Source: Candidatus Zixiibacteriota bacterium (GTDB taxonomy: Bacteria; Zixibacteria; MSB-5A5; WJJR01). From it: 50,225 nt of DNA. The stretch lies in contig JBFMFQ010000003.1 of the NCBI GenBank assembly GCA_040752075.1, positions 1 to 50,225 of the forward strand. The letters are read 5' to 3'. Below are positions 35,937 to 46,577 of the stretch, piece by piece. The first letter of the stretch is position 1. Every line of letters starts with the position of its first letter. Position numbers and translations under genes: made by a program. The notes beneath the pieces are model-generated. The model was given only the letters and a program-made list of their open reading frames with translations. It did not search any database and had not been told where the DNA came from.

Positions 35937-38384
35937 ATGCGGGGGAACAAGTTATTCCGTTTGGCGGTCGCGGCATGCTGTTGGGCGCTCTACCCTACGT
36001 TCTCGGATGCATCCCACACATCGGTCGAGGTCCGATTCGATGAGCCCCTGAGTGGGATGGTCACCCACTTTGAGATTCAAGGTCTGTTGAATACCGCCCA
36101 GGCGGTCAGGGGCCTGGAATCCGAACCGGCGTTGCCGTGGCTGAACGCCGTCGTTCAGGTGGAATGGAGCCCCGATCTCCGTCTGGGATTGCGCGTCATC
36201 GAGGCGGAGACTCTCGCTGTCCTGGGCCGGATTCCGGTTCTGCCGCCCGACGAACACACAGATGGTGAGCACCGCGCGGGGAGTCGGGCAGAGAGCCCGA
36301 CCCTCATCCGGGATGTCTGGTATCCCTCGGTCACGGTGAAGCTCGCCGGCAACGGCCTTGTCCACTCCCATCCGGTCACTTCGCTCGCCTGGTGCCCTTT
36401 CCGCTACAATCCGGCCCGGGGAGTGCTGATCGTCACGCGACGGGCGTTGATCTCCATTGTCGGAACCGACGGCGTGTCACCCTCCCCTGTCGATGGCGAA
36501 CCCGTTGCCTCATTACCAAACGTCAATGATCTGGCGCTTGCCCGCCTGCGGTCTACTCCTCCCCGGCTGTCGCCGCCGCCGCTCACACCGGGTCTGCCCT
36601 CACCGCCCACCTGGTCGCCATCGTCCGATCCGCCATTGGGCGTCGAATATGTCCTGATCACCGGCGCGGCATTTCGGGAGGTTGTGATGCCGCTTGTGCG
36701 GTGGAAGGCGGCGCGTGGGGTGGATGCGGGAATCGCGACGATCGAAGCGATTACGGCGGGTTATCCCGGGATCGATGCGGCGGAGTCGGTTCGCGAATAC
36801 CTGAAAGCGGCCTATGCCGCCGGGGCGCAGTGGGTGCTTTTGGCGGGCGATGAGACCGTGGTGCCGATTCGCTACGCCTACGCCGGGTACCAGGAAGCAC
36901 CCAGCGACGCCTACAATCTGCACATCTGTGATTTGTACTACGCCGAGCTGGATGGGAGCTGGGATGCCGACGGCGACGGTATCTATGGCGAGTACCTCGG
37001 CGACGCGCCGCAACTGTACGGCGAGCTGTTCGTGGGGCGGCTCCCCTTTTCGGATCCCAACGAGGCCGCGATCATGGTGAACAAGATCATACACTACGAG
37101 AGGGGACCCGAGGACGGCGCATACCTGTCTCGCGCACTCTCGATCGCGACCGATCAGATGCGTGATTGGGACAACGGCATGGGTCAGCAGACCATTGTCG
37201 ACGGCAGCATGCCGGCTGGCTGGGATCATGATGCGCAATCCATGATCGAGCAGCCCAGCGGCGAGAGCCCCAACCCCTATTCACCGGAGCCGACATCGCT
37301 TCCATCGCTGATCGCCAGCGGCTTCGGTTGGGTGAATTACTTCGTGCACGGCCGTGCCGACGGGGTGATCGTGCGCGCCCCGGGGTACACCAACATTCCA
37401 CGGTCGTATGTCTGGACCTATGGGGAGTCCGGCGACGGTCACGGGCATTTTAACGAAATGCCGCCGCACCAATTTCCGGGGATTCATCTATCCATCGGGT
37501 GCGATCACGGCGGGTTCGATATGGACACCCCGCCATTTGCGCCGGGATACCATGAGTCGGTGGCCGAACGTCTCTTGTTCACTCCCGATGGCGGCGCGGT
37601 CGCGTTTGTCGGGCAATCGCGCTGGGGGTGGGTCGCCACATCCTACAAACTGATCCAGACTTTCTATGATCTCCTCAATGATCCGGGGATTGCGAATCAC
37701 CTCGGCGTGTATCAGTCCCTCTCCAAGGTTGCCTTCCCGCAGTACCGGGACTTGAACTACTCGAACAATCTCTATGGCGATCCCGAGACACCGGCATGGC
37801 GGGATGTACCGCGGGATTGGTCGGTGACCGGTCCGACGACATTCGGCGGGTATGACGATGCCTGGGTCGTAGAAGCCGTCGGCGAGTCGGGGCCGGTGGA
37901 GGGTGCGGTCGCCACGGTCACGATCGGCGACTCAGTCTGGATGATCGGCGCGACCGACGCATCCGGACGGGTGGCGGCAGCGCTGAATCTTCCGCCCGCT
38001 TGGGACGCTGTTTTGACCGTGTGGAAGGAGGGATACCGGGCGTATGTCGATACGGTGCCGTACACGATCATCACCGATGTCAAAGACGGCGACAACGATG
38101 CCCCGGTTCCGATACAGGCGCTGTCGAACTACCCGAATCCCTTCAACCCCTCGACCCGGCTGCGATTTGCACTCGGGCATTCCGGTCCGGTGCGTTTGGA
38201 TGTCTTCGACGTGCTGGGGCGGCGGGTCGCGACGCTGCTCGATGAGACCCTCGACCGCGGGCACTTTGACATCGAGTTTGATGGCCGGGACTCCGGCGGG
38301 CGTTCGCTGGCCAGCGGGATGTACTTTGCGCGACTTCAATCAGCCGACGGCACCCGGACAAGGGCGATGGTGCTGCTGAGATAG
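35937..38384 (+). CDS. C25 family (gingipain-like) cysteine peptidase with propeptide and T9SS/FlgD-like C-terminal domain
   Basis: Signal peptide, EPALP propeptide, YVLIT...WKAARG, LLAGD, CDLYYAELDG, VGRLP, catalytic VHG and IGC, NLYGDP, NYPNPFNPST...LASGMYF. Confidence 0.9.
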   Translation: MRGNKLFRLAVAACCWALYPTFSDASHTSVEVRFDEPLSGMVTHFEIQGLLNTAQAVRGLESEPALPWLNAVVQVEWSPDLRLGLRVIEAETLAVLGRIPVLPPDEHTDGEHRAGSRAESPTLIRDVWYPSVTVKLAGNGLVHSHPVTSLAWCPFRYNPARGVLIVTRRALISIVGTDGVSPSPVDGEPVASLPNVNDLALARLRSTPPRLSPPPLTPGLPSPPTWSPSSDPPLGVEYVLITGAAFREVVMPLVRWKAARGVDAGIATIEAITAGYPGIDAAESVREYLKAAYAAGAQWVLLAGDETVVPIRYAYAGYQEAPSDAYNLHICDLYYAELDGSWDADGDGIYGEYLGDAPQLYGELFVGRLPFSDPNEAAIMVNKIIHYERGPEDGAYLSRALSIATDQMRDWDNGMGQQTIVDGSMPAGWDHDAQSMIEQPSGESPNPYSPEPTSLPSLIASGFGWVNYFVHGRADGVIVRAPGYTNIPRSYVWTYGESGDGHGHFNEMPPHQFPGIHLSIGCDHGGFDMDTPPFAPGYHESVAERLLFTPDGGAVAFVGQSRWGWVATSYKLIQTFYDLLNDPGIANHLGVYQSLSKVAFPQYRDLNYSNNLYGDPETPAWRDVPRDWSVTGPTTFGGYDDAWVVEAVGESGPVEGAVATVTIGDSVWMIGATDASGRVAAALNLPPAWDAVLTVWKEGYRAYVDTVPYTIITDVKDGDNDAPVPIQALSNYPNPFNPSTRLRFALGHSGPVRLDVFDVLGRRVATLLDETLDRGHFDIEFDGRDSGGRSLASGMYFARLQSADGTRTRAMVLLR

Positions 38385-38386
38385 GA

Positions 38387-39265
38387 TTACCAAAGCGAGC
38401 GAAGCCGCCACCAAACCGAGCGCAGCATGGCCGCCAGATAGACCGGCGGGACACTCAGCCAGAGCAGGAGTCGATGGCCGGCATGCGGGCAATGGTACTG
38501 GCGCAGGTAGCGCAGGTAAGCGGTGTGGGCCATCCAGATCATCCGGATTTTCGCCTGGCGTGTTGAGGCGCCGCCCCTGTGCCGTGCCGCGACATCCGCC
38601 GTGTACCAGATCCCCCAGCCGCGATCGGCCACGCGGCGGCACCAGTCGACATCATTGAAGAACATCGGGTAGCGTTCGTCAAACAGCCCGATCTCCGCGA
38701 TGGCGCCTCGCCGGATCAAAAGGCAGCTCGCCATCGGCTGATCGACGCGGCGCGACGTTGCCCCGTCAAACCAGCCCATGCGCCAGCGGCCAAACCGGGG
38801 GGACTTTGGAAACAAGAGTGAGAGCCCGAGCAGATCGAACCAGAGCGTGTCGAAACCGGGGAATTCGCGCAAGGAAGCCTGGCGCCGGCCGCGTGGGTCG
38901 ATGAGCTTCGGCGCGATGGCCACACAATCCGGGTGCGCGTTGAGCTCGCGAACGAGCGCATCGATGCCGCCGACCGGCAGCAGGACATCGGGATTGAGCA
39001 AAAGGACGTACTCCCCGCCGGCCACGGCCAGGCCCTGGTTGTTCGCGGCGGCATAGAAGCGGTTGGTTGAATTGGTAAGCAGCGTTGCCTCGGGAAAAGC
39101 GTCGCGGACCAAGTTGGGAGTTCCGTCGGTTGAGGCGTTGTCTACCACAACGACCTGAAGCGGGCGGGCCGATGCGCTTCGCACCGATTCGAGACAGGGC
39201 TCGATGTCGTCAGCCGAGTTGTAGGTGACGATCACCACACCGACGCGGGCGCCCGGATCAACCAC
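38387..39265 (-). CDS. GT2 family glycosyltransferase
   Basis: VVIVTYNS, VVDNASTDGT, LLLNPD, FDERYPMFFNDVDWC. Confidence 0.92.
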   Translation of the reverse strand: MVDPGARVGVVIVTYNSADDIEPCLESVRSASARPLQVVVVDNASTDGTPNLVRDAFPEATLLTNSTNRFYAAANNQGLAVAGGEYVLLLNPDVLLPVGGIDALVRELNAHPDCVAIAPKLIDPRGRRQASLREFPGFDTLWFDLLGLSLLFPKSPRFGRWRMGWFDGATSRRVDQPMASCLLIRRGAIAEIGLFDERYPMFFNDVDWCRRVADRGWGIWYTADVAARHRGGASTRQAKIRMIWMAHTAYLRYLRQYHCPHAGHRLLLWLSVPPVYLAAMLRSVWWRLRSLW

Positions 39266-40550
39266 GCGGCGCTCCGGTTGTGGGATGAGACAGAATCCTG
39301 TCAAGGATGGCGGCAAGACGACCGGTCTGTTCGCGCCGGTCGAATTTCCTGATGCTCGCGACGGTTCGGACCGGCATCCCGCGCTTGAGATCCGCGATCG
39401 CGTCCAAGGCACTGCACCCCGCAGTCACATCACCGGCATCTACGCACCAGACACCATCAAACTGATGGATCAACCGCCGCGTCGCCTGGGCTTGGTCGGC
39501 CAAGAGCACGATGGGACGTTGAGAGCGGAGCATCTCGAAGACCCGGCCCGGAACGGTTGTCCGATACGACGGTTCCGAACTAATCGGCAGGATCAGGCAG
39601 TCGGCGGCGATGAGCTGGGAGACGGCCGCCGCATGGGGCAGATACCCGGTGGATTCAACGAGATCCGAGCAACCATGCCGCGCGGCCACATCCAAGATGG
39701 ACTGCCCCCGGAACACGCCGGTGTGTCGAACGCGAAGTGGCCGTGGACAATGGCGCCGCCACTCGGCCAGCAATCGGAAGACTGGCTCCGGGTCGATGGG
39801 TTCGCCGAATGTTCCATAGAGGAGAATCGAGAAATCCGTGGATGGCGGCGGCGCGGCTTCAATCGCGGCGAAATCCGATTCGTCGTAGCCGTTGTGGATC
39901 ACCTCGAGACTCGAATTCGACCCTGTGGCGCCCTGGCATTCGGCGATTGCCTCATTGACGGCAATGACGTGATCGGTCTGCTGCAGAATACGCCGATAAA
40001 GACGGCGCGCATACGCCGCATGAATCGCCGTCGGTCCCCAATCGTCGTTTCTCATGAGCCACGGATCCCGGAAGTCGGCCACCCAGGGGATCGAGACGTT
40101 ATGCTTCAGACGCATGCCCAAAAGATGGATCGATGGCGGCGGCGAGGTTGTCAGGACGGCATTGAACGGGTCACGCTTGTGTCGATCGATGGCGACGCTG
40201 AAGGCGATCCGCGCGAATCCGCGTTTGTCATCCGGCCAGCGCAGCCAGTGTTGGATTGCCTTCGTCCACTTTGGTGGATCACGGCGCACTGTCGAGGTGC
40301 GATCTTTAACGCGGAAGGCTTGTCCCGGCACCGCCCACGGAACCCGAAGAATCTCGACACCGGCGGGAATGTCCCGGAGGAGCGACTCATCGGCGGCCAT
40401 GTGGGCCGCCGGGTCCGGCGTCAGCACAGTGACATCCCAGCCGAATTCCGGGAGATAACGGGCGAATTTGAGCGGCCGTTGCACGCCGCCCATTCCCACG
40501 GGTGGGAAATAGAGAGTGGCAAGCAAAAGCCGCGGCCGTCGGTGGGTCAT
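39258..40550 (-). CDS. GT4 family glycosyltransferase
   Basis: YFPPVGMGGVQR, TTSPP, WVADFRDPW, IHNGYD, PGRVFE. Confidence 0.88.
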   Translation of the reverse strand: MTHRRPRLLLATLYFPPVGMGGVQRPLKFARYLPEFGWDVTVLTPDPAAHMAADESLLRDIPAGVEILRVPWAVPGQAFRVKDRTSTVRRDPPKWTKAIQHWLRWPDDKRGFARIAFSVAIDRHKRDPFNAVLTTSPPPSIHLLGMRLKHNVSIPWVADFRDPWLMRNDDWGPTAIHAAYARRLYRRILQQTDHVIAVNEAIAECQGATGSNSSLEVIHNGYDESDFAAIEAAPPPSTDFSILLYGTFGEPIDPEPVFRLLAEWRRHCPRPLRVRHTGVFRGQSILDVAARHGCSDLVESTGYLPHAAAVSQLIAADCLILPISSEPSYRTTVPGRVFEMLRSQRPIVLLADQAQATRRLIHQFDGVWCVDAGDVTAGCSALDAIADLKRGMPVRTVASIRKFDRREQTGRLAAILDRILSHPTTGAPRG

Positions 40551-41674
40551 GGATTCTCCCGTGGACCGAGGCGCTCACCGAAACCCGTCAGCGACAAAAG
40601 AAGACTTTCGGCCCTCGACATGTTCTCCGGCCAGAGCGCACGCTCCCGGATGATCGCGGTGTTCCGGCGGCGGCTCTGCTCGCGCAGTGAAAGGTCGCCG
40701 ATGGACCGGCGGAGAGCGTCGGCCAGCGAGGAATCATCGCCCACCGGAAACAACAGACCGTTGGTCTCATGGGTGATCCACTCGCGGTTGGCGGGAAGAT
40801 CGGTGACAATCGGCAGACAGCCGGTGGCCATCGCCTCCAAAAGCGACACCGATGTGCCATCCGATACCGAACAGGAGACATAGAGATCGGCCTGCGAGAG
40901 GTGCATCCTCATGGCATCGTCGCTCACCGCGCCGGCAAACGCGACGATTCCGGAGACGCCGAGTTCGTGCGACAGACTCTCCAGCGCGGCGCGTTGCGAG
41001 CCATCCCCCACCACGACCAGTTGGAATGACCGGTCCGTGGACTTCGACAGACGCGACACCGCCCTCAGGAGCACATCGACCTGGTATAACGGCTCGAGCC
41101 GGCGTGTGCTGACGATTCGTGTCGGAGGGTTCGCCCGCACGGAACGCGACTCCCCGATGTCCACCCAGGCCGGGTCGACACCAAGGGGTATGATATGGAT
41201 TCTGCCGGGGTCGGCCCCCAGCCCTTCCATCCGGTCGCGCAGCAATTCGGCATCGGCGAAAACAAGATCGGCCGATCGGAGAACAGATTCGATCCGCCAG
41301 CGGTGCAACCGCGACTTGGCCGGCGCGATCAAGACATCGGAACCCCACGCCGACACCGCCAGCGGATGCCGTTTGGTCAGGGCGGCCAACCATCCGTAGT
41401 CGGGCAGGAAGAGCGCGCTTAAGACGTCGGGCTTGAATTCATCGATGATCCGGCGCACATGGCTGACATTCAGGACGATTCCCATCGCACGCCAGCGGTG
41501 ACGGCGCGGGATGATCTCGGCATCCGCGCCACCCGCCACCGGGGGAAAGGACAGCCAGCGGACAACCCAGCCGCGATGACGAAACCATGCGACCCACCGG
41601 CGGGTGTGGATCGCGGCGGCTTCGCCGAGGATGAGAATCCGGGGCGCCCGGTTTGTTGGGACAGTCTCACTCAC
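40547..41674 (-). CDS. GT4 family glycosyltransferase
   Basis: HTRRW, SAWGSDV, STRRLEPLY, SDGTSVSLLEAMATG, DLPANREWI. GTG start overlaps the upstream stop. Confidence 0.92.
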   Translation of the reverse strand: MSETVPTNRAPRILILGEAAAIHTRRWVAWFRHRGWVVRWLSFPPVAGGADAEIIPRRHRWRAMGIVLNVSHVRRIIDEFKPDVLSALFLPDYGWLAALTKRHPLAVSAWGSDVLIAPAKSRLHRWRIESVLRSADLVFADAELLRDRMEGLGADPGRIHIIPLGVDPAWVDIGESRSVRANPPTRIVSTRRLEPLYQVDVLLRAVSRLSKSTDRSFQLVVVGDGSQRAALESLSHELGVSGIVAFAGAVSDDAMRMHLSQADLYVSCSVSDGTSVSLLEAMATGCLPIVTDLPANREWITHETNGLLFPVGDDSSLADALRRSIGDLSLREQSRRRNTAIIRERALWPENMSRAESLLLSLTGFGERLGPRENP

Positions 41675-42645
41675 ATCAGTTTCCTGGCGGCATGATACCA
41701 GGGCCGCCGGAGGATCAGTTCCCGGTGTTCGACCGGCCGTGCTCCCCATCCCGCTTTGAATTGCGCCAGCCCCTCGGACGTGACTCCCGCCGGCCCCGCG
41801 CCGAAATCGAACGTGGTCACGCCGCGCGATCGCAATTCCGCGAGAACCCGGTCAAAGAGGAAGTGGTTGATCCCGGTCGCATCCTTCTCTTTTGAGACCG
41901 CGCCGTCCAGGTAGACCGCGACCGGGCCATTGACCAGCCAGAGGCATGTCGCCAGCGGCCGGTCGCTCATCGAGACGACGCGCCAGACCATCGCCTGATT
42001 CCCCTGGAACAAGTCGGCGAGCAATGGTCCGGCCTCTGCATCGAGCACCATTCGGGAGGGATGAGTTTCAGGTGCGCTCCAAAACGTGATGAGGTCGCAA
42101 GCATCATCGCGGCTGCGCACGCTGGAGAGCGTTGCCCCGAGATCCTCTCCCTTGCGGATGTTGCGACGGTGCGATTCGGAGAAAGAAGCGTCAAGCGAAT
42201 CAGCCCCCGGGGAGGAAATCTCCAGAACCCAATGAGGCGAGATGATCTCGGTCAGCTTCCAGTTCAAGTTCGGCGATACCGACGGCAAGAGATTGAGTGT
42301 GAGTTCCACGGTTCGGGGTCCGGCCACGGCACGCCAGAGGGGAAGGGTGAGATTCGCGATGGTCTCTTCTGCCGGGATGCTGCCGAGGAAGCCGCCGGTT
42401 GTGCCAAACGGGAGCACATGAAATCGATCCCAGATTCCACGCCGCCGGCGAACGCCCATCATGGCAAGCGACGCGGGTGCGGGGTCGCCATGATGCCACA
42501 GTTCCGCGCGCGCGCCATTCCACCGTTTCTCCCAGAACTGCGCCCAGAGCGGGTTGAGGTAGGGGGAGACCGGATGCGGCGAGTTGAGCCACCCATCCCA
42601 CACCGCTTTTGAGACTTCGGATGGATGTCGAGAGGCCCATGGCAT
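41671..42645 (-). CDS. FemAB/CelD-like GNAT-fold acyl/aminoacyl transferase
   Basis: LPFGTTGG, RRNIRKG, FDFGAG...GLAQFKAGWGA. Confidence 0.82.
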   Translation of the reverse strand: MPWASRHPSEVSKAVWDGWLNSPHPVSPYLNPLWAQFWEKRWNGARAELWHHGDPAPASLAMMGVRRRRGIWDRFHVLPFGTTGGFLGSIPAEETIANLTLPLWRAVAGPRTVELTLNLLPSVSPNLNWKLTEIISPHWVLEISSPGADSLDASFSESHRRNIRKGEDLGATLSSVRSRDDACDLITFWSAPETHPSRMVLDAEAGPLLADLFQGNQAMVWRVVSMSDRPLATCLWLVNGPVAVYLDGAVSKEKDATGINHFLFDRVLAELRSRGVTTFDFGAGPAGVTSEGLAQFKAGWGARPVEHRELILRRPWYHAARKLM

Positions 42646-42665
42646 GACGGGTTTCCCCCGCGAAA

Positions 42666-44927
42666 TCAGCGGCGGCGCACGACCGCGATCTTGCCGCGAC
42701 CATGGTTGCCGTCGGGCCCGCGCACGACAAATATGTAGACACCCGAGGCCACGAGGGCGCCGCCGGAGGTTCGTCCATCCCAGCCGGTTTCGGAGGGGAA
42801 ATCAACGACCGGCTGGGCATCTGTGGTGTAGATGTAAATCCGGCTGCCAAAGGGCGCATTGAAGCGCACACGTTCGAGCCCATCGCCCTCCACCTCAAAC
42901 GGATTCGGATAAGCCAGAACGCTCTCGATGGAAGTGGCGGTGGTGACGCCGGCGGCGAATCGCGAGAGGCCGGTGGTGGTGCCGATCCAGAGGTAACCGG
43001 TCCGATCATCGACCGCGAGCGTTCGGACATTGCGTCCGACCAGTGGCGAGTTGTCGGGACTGTAAAACACCGGCTCCCCGGATGTGGGAATCATCACCAA
43101 CCCAAGGGTGGTGCCGACCCAGATATTGTTCAGGGCATCGGCGGCCAGCGCGTTGACGGTCAACCCCGCCTCGGCCGGGAGGGGCACGTTGGTAAAGCGG
43201 CGAATGTCGGCGGTGTAGCGGCTCAGTCCCACGTTGGTTCCCACGTAGAGCGAGTCTGCCCGGTCGACCAAAAGCGAGAGCACCTGGTCGGCGGGGAGGC
43301 CGTCATCGGAGTCACGGTAGGTCACCACCGGCGTGGCGTTGACCGGTTGGCCGCCGACACAGAGCGGTTCATTGTATTCGAGATCGGCCACGCCGACGTT
43401 GTCGAAGCCGATCAAAACCTCGTTTTCCAACGCCCAAAGTTCCGACGGTGTGTTAGAAATGAGATTGTCCGCCATCTCATAGTAGCCCCAGCAGCCGTTG
43501 TCGTAATACGGGATGACCCGGCCCAGGGCGGCCAGATGGTTGGCAAACCACACGCGCCCGTCGGGATCGACGCTCACATCGCGAATGACCACGTAGTTGT
43601 TGGGGCCGACCGGATCAATGACATACATGAGGGTGCTGTTGGTGGTGTCGAAGCGCTGCCAGTCGACGAGGGGGTTGTCGTTGCTGACACGGAACGCCCC
43701 CGCACCCCAGGACCCGAGCCAGATGTCGCCATTCGGGGCAATGTCGACCGAGGTCCCGCTCGCGTCACCGACGATGTCAGTGTAGTACGGCAGGTTAGTC
43801 CATACTCCCTGCTCGAGGAACTCGGCAGCGCCGGTGCTGTAATGCACACACCAGACACGGCCGTCTTCGCCCACCGCAATGTCCTCGAATTGATTCTCCA
43901 GCGGGCCGGGGAACGCCATCAAGTCGGCCGTTCCGGATTCGTAGCGCAACACACCGGCGCCGTTTGTCCCACCCCAGATGACATGATCGGAGGTGGCCGT
44001 GATGGAGGTCAGGGCTCGCTGCGGTGTTCCCGGCAGTGGTGCCGCGGCGCAACCGGACGGAGTGCAACGAGCGAGTCCTCGATCCGTGGCGAGCCAGATG
44101 GTGTCCCCGACCATGACCATATCGGAGATGTCGCGGTCATCGAAACCAATCTTCACCCAGACACTCTCCGCGGGATCCGTCTCCCCGGGCACGAAACGCC
44201 ACAGCCCGCCATCGCCGGCGACATGCACCACCCCGTCGAGAACAGAAATCGCCTTGAGAATGGGAAATTCGCTCCACGACTGCCAGCGTGCGGGGTTAAG
44301 CAGGAACTGATCGTCTGCGTTGGCGCGCGCCACCCCCGCCGGGCCCACGGTCCAGATCACGCCGTCGAGCACCAGCATGTCCCGCACCGGGCTCGAGGCC
44401 GGCCACTCGCCGAGGCGGGTGTAAGTTTCCTTGATCTCTCCCCCGTTGCGGTCGATGTCGAACTTGTGCAGACCGATTGAAGAGCCGACCCAGAGGAACC
44501 CCTCCGGCCCCATCGCGGCGGCCAGCAGTTCAATCGGCGCATCGCCGGTGTTGAAATTGTAACTGACCCAGTCCTGATCGGAGTACCGCCGTGAAAGTCG
44601 CCCGGCGGTTCCCCCGGTCCAGACACGCCCCTCTTCATCTTGCAGGACGAACCTCAGGTCGTTGTCGGCGATTCCATCGGCGTTGGTCAACACCTGGGGT
44701 GGGGTCGATCCCGATGAAACCAACCGTACCAGCCCGCCGGTGGTCGCCACCCAGAGGCCGTTACCGGAGGGCGCAAACCCCATCACGGTATTGGTGTTGG
44801 TGTAATTGACCCACCGGCTTGTTTCCGGCAGGGGCGGCGTTGTCGCGCACGCGCCGCGCGACGCCATGAGTGCGGCGAACATCGAGGCAGAGAGAAACCG
44901 GATCGTGCGATTCATCATGTTCGCCAT
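42666..44927 (-). CDS. PorZ-like double beta-propeller protein with T9SS-type C-terminal domain
   Basis: WVNYTN, LWVATTGGL, TNADGI, Reg_prop-type repeats (NSPL, LWIGTTTGLS). C-terminus VLAYPNPF...WDGRTSGGALVASGVYIF...GKIAVVR. Confidence 0.75.
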   Translation of the reverse strand: MANMMNRTIRFLSASMFAALMASRGACATTPPLPETSRWVNYTNTNTVMGFAPSGNGLWVATTGGLVRLVSSGSTPPQVLTNADGIADNDLRFVLQDEEGRVWTGGTAGRLSRRYSDQDWVSYNFNTGDAPIELLAAAMGPEGFLWVGSSIGLHKFDIDRNGGEIKETYTRLGEWPASSPVRDMLVLDGVIWTVGPAGVARANADDQFLLNPARWQSWSEFPILKAISVLDGVVHVAGDGGLWRFVPGETDPAESVWVKIGFDDRDISDMVMVGDTIWLATDRGLARCTPSGCAAAPLPGTPQRALTSITATSDHVIWGGTNGAGVLRYESGTADLMAFPGPLENQFEDIAVGEDGRVWCVHYSTGAAEFLEQGVWTNLPYYTDIVGDASGTSVDIAPNGDIWLGSWGAGAFRVSNDNPLVDWQRFDTTNSTLMYVIDPVGPNNYVVIRDVSVDPDGRVWFANHLAALGRVIPYYDNGCWGYYEMADNLISNTPSELWALENEVLIGFDNVGVADLEYNEPLCVGGQPVNATPVVTYRDSDDGLPADQVLSLLVDRADSLYVGTNVGLSRYTADIRRFTNVPLPAEAGLTVNALAADALNNIWVGTTLGLVMIPTSGEPVFYSPDNSPLVGRNVRTLAVDDRTGYLWIGTTTGLSRFAAGVTTATSIESVLAYPNPFEVEGDGLERVRFNAPFGSRIYIYTTDAQPVVDFPSETGWDGRTSGGALVASGVYIFVVRGPDGNHGRGKIAVVRRR

Positions 44928-44934
44928 GGCGGGG

Positions 44935-46485
44935 TCAGGTCGTCGGTGCCAACTTGCGACGGATATTGTACACGAGTACCCCAACGAGCGCCAGACCCGA
45001 GATGACGGCGCAGGCCTGTCCCAGGAGCATGCCGTGGCGCATAAACGGTGTGATTTCGCCTTTGGGACCGAGTTCCATGTCCGCAACGAGCACCTCGGGG
45101 ACATACTGCCGGGTCGGCGCGATCAGGCGACCGGTGCGATCGATGACGGTCGAGATGCCGGTGTTGGCCGAGCGGGCGATGGGCCGGCGTGTTTCAATGG
45201 CGCGATAGACCGCAATCAGCGCATGCTGGGTGGGACCGGAGCTGAAGCCGTACCAGCCGTCGTTGGTGATGTTGACGTAGAAGCGCGCGCCCCGGATGGC
45301 GAAGTTGCGCATGATGTCCGGGAAGACCGATTCATAGCAAATTGCCGCGGCGTAGGGGCCTCGCGGGTGATCGAAGAGAACATACTTATCGCCGGCGGTG
45401 AAGTGCGCTCCCCCCACTTCCAGTTCATCGAGGATTTTGATCTTGTCGGAGAAGGGTATCCACTCGCCCAGGGGCACGAGATGAAGTTTGGCGTGGAATG
45501 CGGGGTAGTACCCCTTTCGATCCACGGCGACGGCGGCGTTATAGGAAAGGTACCCGCCGTGGTCGAGCGTTTTGTATTCCAGTGTGCCGAGCAGGATGGG
45601 GACCCCGATGTCCGCCGCCAGCGCCCGCACACGCCGGTAGTCCGGCACTTCCGCACGGAGATACACCGGGGCCGCGGTCTCGGGCCAGACGATCAACTCC
45701 GCGCCGTGCGCCGCCGCCGCCCGTGTTTGTGCCTCGTAGACCGCGAAGGATTGGTCCACGTATGCCGAATCCCATTTGTGATATGAGTCGATGTCACCCT
45801 GCAGAACCGCCACCCGGATGCGATCGCCGGGCTTGAGTCCGTCCATTGCCCGGAAACCGTAGAAGAGCGGGAGCGTCACCGCGGCCACAAGCGCAGCCAT
45901 ACCGATCAGCCGGGGCACCGTGCCCCGGTGAGACCACCCCGAATACAATCGGAAGAGCAGCACCCCCACGAGCGCCACCCAGAAACTCACGCCGAGATCG
46001 CCCGTTGTGTCGGCAAACTGTATCAGGGGCAGGTAGCTGACCTGGGACAACGAGAGATTGGTCCATGGGAATGCGAGATCGCCCAACCCGCGCCCGTACT
46101 CGTGGGCCACCCAGACGATCGGGAAGAGCCAGACGGCCATGCCTTTGAGGATCGGACGCGATGCCGCGAGGATTCCAAGGACAATGGCGATGTAGAGGCC
46201 AAGCACAATCGCCATGACAATCATCCCGGGGATTGACACCCATCCCGTCCAGTAGAGTGTGCCGAGATGGAAGACAAACCCGAACACCCAGCCGCGTGAG
46301 GCAGCCGCCTTTGGACCCAGACCATCGATGTTCAACAGCAGGCCGGCGAGCGCGCACGGCGCCAGAAAGCCGAATGGAAAAGGCGGGAACGCGAGGGCCT
46401 GAAGAGCGCCCAGAATGATGGTAAATTCCGGGCGACGCACGAACGCCGGAGTGCCCAACCTGCCATCGCCGGCGGATGTTGTCAT
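44935..46485 (-). CDS. lnt: Apolipoprotein N-acyltransferase
   Basis: LAFPP, FPW, VLQGDI, IVWPETA, KLHLVPLGE, ICYESVF, NITNDGWYG, RSANTGIS. Confidence 0.96.
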   Translation of the reverse strand: MTTSAGDGRLGTPAFVRRPEFTIILGALQALAFPPFPFGFLAPCALAGLLLNIDGLGPKAAASRGWVFGFVFHLGTLYWTGWVSIPGMIVMAIVLGLYIAIVLGILAASRPILKGMAVWLFPIVWVAHEYGRGLGDLAFPWTNLSLSQVSYLPLIQFADTTGDLGVSFWVALVGVLLFRLYSGWSHRGTVPRLIGMAALVAAVTLPLFYGFRAMDGLKPGDRIRVAVLQGDIDSYHKWDSAYVDQSFAVYEAQTRAAAAHGAELIVWPETAAPVYLRAEVPDYRRVRALAADIGVPILLGTLEYKTLDHGGYLSYNAAVAVDRKGYYPAFHAKLHLVPLGEWIPFSDKIKILDELEVGGAHFTAGDKYVLFDHPRGPYAAAICYESVFPDIMRNFAIRGARFYVNITNDGWYGFSSGPTQHALIAVYRAIETRRPIARSANTGISTVIDRTGRLIAPTRQYVPEVLVADMELGPKGEITPFMRHGMLLGQACAVISGLALVGVLVYNIRRKLAPTT

Positions 46486-46577
46486 GGTCTCGGTTGGTTA
46501 GTCGAGGTGATTCCCCGGGGAATGTCCCGTGCCGATGAAATCGATCCACGAGCGGTCCTGCGAACCGCCCGTCCCGT

